DNA of 64,000 nt from an uncultured Acidobacteriota bacterium (GTDB lineage: Bacteria > Acidobacteriota > UBA6911 > RPQK01 > JAPXNP01). How positions within the stretch are numbered: position 1 is the first letter of the stretch; every line of letters begins with the position of its first letter. The DNA is taken from contig CAVZRV010000027.1 of assembly GCA_963777605.1 (NCBI GenBank), positions 32,001 to 96,000 on the forward strand, read 5' to 3'. Made by a program: the position numbers and the translations under genes. A model generated the notes under the pieces. The model did no database searches. It was given only the letters and a program-made list of their open reading frames with translations, and was not told the origin of the DNA. This document shows, piece by piece, positions 61,854 to 64,000 of the stretch.

Positions 61854-63053
61854 CTACTTGCGGTCAAGGCCGGCAACCGTCTGAACGTCCTTATCTCCTC
61901 GACCGGACAGGTTGAGGATCACGACCTGGTCTCGAAAGCGCTCGGGATGATCGAGGAGATAGCCCAGCGCGTGAGCCGACTCGAGTGCCGGAATAATGCC
62001 CTCCAGCCGTCCCAGTTCGTGGAATGCCCGCAGAGCCGAATCGTCGTCGACCGAGTCATAGGTGGCCCGGCCCTGTTCCCAGAGGTTGGCATGTTCGGGA
62101 CCGATCGACGGGTAGTCCAAACCGGCTGAGACACTGTGCGTCTCAGCGATCTGGCCATACGCGTCCTGGAGAACATAGCTGAACGTGCCGTGCAAAACGC
62201 CAGGCGCTCCACCCTGAAAACGGGCGGCGTGATCCCCCAGGGACTGCCCACGGCCGCCGGCTTCGATACCGACCAGGGCCACTTCCGAATCATTGAGAAA
62301 TTCGTAGAAGAGCCCCATCGAGTTACTCCCCCCTCCGACACAGGCGATCAGGGCATCAGGCAGCCGGCCTTCCAGTTCCAGGACCTGCTTTCGGGCCTCC
62401 CGCCCGATCACTGCCTGGAAGTCGCGCACCATCATTGGGTACGGATGGGGTCCGAGTACCGAGCCCAGGAGGTAATGGGTGTTCTCGACGTTGGAAACCC
62501 AGTCCCGCATGGCCTCGTTGATGGCGTCCTTCAGAGTACAACTGCCAGAATCGACCGGGATCACCCGGGCGCCCAACATTTCCATCCGGTAGACGTTCAG
62601 CGACTGCCGACGGGTGTCCTCGGTGCCCATGTAGATCTCGCACTCCAGCCCGAGAAGAGCACAAACGGTGGCAGTCGCGACTCCGTGCTGCCCGGCGCCG
62701 GTCTCGGCGATAATCCGGGTCTTGCCCATCCCTTGGGCCAGCAGGGCCTGGCCGAGGGCGTTGTTGATCTTGTGGGCGCCGGTGTGGCAAAGGTCCTCGC
62801 GTTTCAGGTAGACGCGGGCCTGGACCTTCTCCGAGAGGCGCGAGGCCATAAACAGGGGGGTCGGGCGACCCACATAATCCTTGAGAAGTGCATCCAGACG
62901 CGAGTGAAACGTCTCATCCCTGGTTGCCGTGAGATAGGCTCTTTCCAGTTCTTCGACCGGGGCCATCAAGGTTTCCGGGACGAACCGCCCGCCGAACCGG
63001 CCATAGCGTCCGTGAGTGTCGGGGAAGTTCGTGAACTTGGTTGTATCAGTCAT
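61854..63053 (-). CDS. trpB: tryptophan synthase beta chain
   Basis: [36 protein letters not shown]. Confidence 0.99.
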   Translation of the reverse strand: MTDTTKFTNFPDTHGRYGRFGGRFVPETLMAPVEELERAYLTATRDETFHSRLDALLKDYVGRPTPLFMASRLSEKVQARVYLKREDLCHTGAHKINNALGQALLAQGMGKTRIIAETGAGQHGVATATVCALLGLECEIYMGTEDTRRQSLNVYRMEMLGARVIPVDSGSCTLKDAINEAMRDWVSNVENTHYLLGSVLGPHPYPMMVRDFQAVIGREARKQVLELEGRLPDALIACVGGGSNSMGLFYEFLNDSEVALVGIEAGGRGQSLGDHAARFQGGAPGVLHGTFSYVLQDAYGQIAETHSVSAGLDYPSIGPEHANLWEQGRATYDSVDDDSALRAFHELGRLEGIIPALESAHALGYLLDHPERFRDQVVILNLSGRGDKDVQTVAGLDRK

Positions 63054-63245
63054 GATAATGAGCTACAGGTTTCTGGTTTCTGGTTTCTGGTTTCTGGCCG
63101 GCTTCTGGACCGGACCAGTCAAGACAGCCTTGGGTGAAAGGATCCTGCGACAATGGACGGCAGAAGGCACACTGATTCATCATTGACTATCCCACCCGTT
63201 CAGGGTCACCCCATCAACGACTCTTCGACTGTCGTCAGTAGCAAA

Positions 63246-63395
63246 TTCAGTACGCGAGCGAAGCGAGCGCGACTCCGGTCGGAATGAAACCGCCAGAAGT
63301 CGAATCGAGGAAAGCGAACTGCAAGAAGGAGACGCTACCCAGGACCGGCAAAGGATCGGCGTCCGGCGACGCGCTCGTTTCACTCGCGTTCTGAA
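63246..63395. repeat. REPIN-like doublet family A
   Basis: 63246-63270 and 63371-63395 match the 25-bp arms at 14684 and 14798. Confidence 0.88.
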
Positions 63396-63412
63396 ATACG
63401 GCTTGCTCAAGG

Positions 63413-64000
63413 TCAAGTTTCCCTCCCAAGGAGGCGTGCCAGTTCCGCTCCGGGGTCGTCCGATTCCATGAAGCTGGTGCCGATCAGGAAACCGGTGAAC
63501 CCCGCGTCCCCCAGTTCGATCAACTGGGAGCGATGGGAGATTCCGCTCTCCGCAACCAGGGTGAATCCCGCCTCGCCCTCAAGACGGCGAGCGACGGCAA
63601 ACGATGTGGCAAGGTTGACCTCGAACGTCCGGAGGTTGCGATTGTTGACCCCGATGAGACGACTTCCCGCTTCGACGGCCACTTCCAATTCGCGTTCATC
63701 GTGAACTTCAACCAACGCCTCGAGCCCGAGGTCTTCTCCAAACCGCATCAGTTCGTTGAGCTTTCCGGGATCGAGACCGGCAACGATCAGGAGGTAAGCG
63801 GACGCACCGTTTACGCGGGCTTCCCCCACCTGGTAGCGGTCGATGATGAAATCCTTCCTCAACATGGGAAGCCGGCGGAGGCGCCAGTCCTCGTGCCCTT
63901 CCCGTTCGAACTCCTCATCGGATAACGCCCAGAGTCGCTCCTGCACTTTCCTCACCCGGTCGAGGTAGGAAAGATCCCCCTTGAAGAAACGCTTGTCGGT
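63413..64000 (-). CDS. trpC: indole-3-glycerol phosphate synthase (5' end outside the window)
   Basis: TDKRFFKG, LRKDFII, LVEVH, GVNNRNL, AESGI, LIGTSFM. Confidence 0.95.
   Translation of the reverse strand, partial: TDKRFFKGDLSYLDRVRKVQERLWALSDEEFEREGHEDWRLRRLPMLRKDFIIDRYQVGEARVNGASAYLLIVAGLDPGKLNELMRFGEDLGLEALVEVHDERELEVAVEAGSRLIGVNNRNLRTFEVNLATSFAVARRLEGEAGFTLVAESGISHRSQLIELGDAGFTGFLIGTSFMESDDPGAELARLLGRET

Overview
GC-rich bacterial window. The trpC-trpB-trpA-chorismate mutase-aroF gene order and a PEP-CTERM gene suggest Acidobacteriota; this is an inference. Housekeeping flanks (yhbY, EAL/HDOD, proBA, treS on the left; secA, guaB, trp genes on the right) enclose a ~46 kb, mostly minus-strand surface-polysaccharide locus (~9.1-54.9 kb) headed by a UpxY/NusG-type antiterminator. 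The locus encodes nucleotide-sugar enzymes (gmd, GDP-mannose 3,5-epimerase, Fkp, UDP-HexNAc dehydrogenase and epimerases), glycosyltransferases, Wzx/Wzy, two O-antigen-ligase-like proteins, a sulfotransferase, a methyltransferase and a PEP-CTERM protein. It also contains a lower-GC block (~25.45-41.6 kb) with three decayed IS elements. The most unusual feature is the intergenic architecture. Seven type II toxin-antitoxin modules and a GxxExxY gene sit between the sugar genes. The spacers are built from many short-repeat families: 7/8-mer tandem arrays, 9-mer inverted repeats, GT(A/G)G REP hairpins, REPIN-like doublets, and a five-copy TTCG/CGAA ladder with conserved spacer lengths. Several modules are bracketed by direct or inverted copies of these repeats, which suggests a repeat-guided cassette system. 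All calls come from reading the sequence and recognising motifs; no searches were run.
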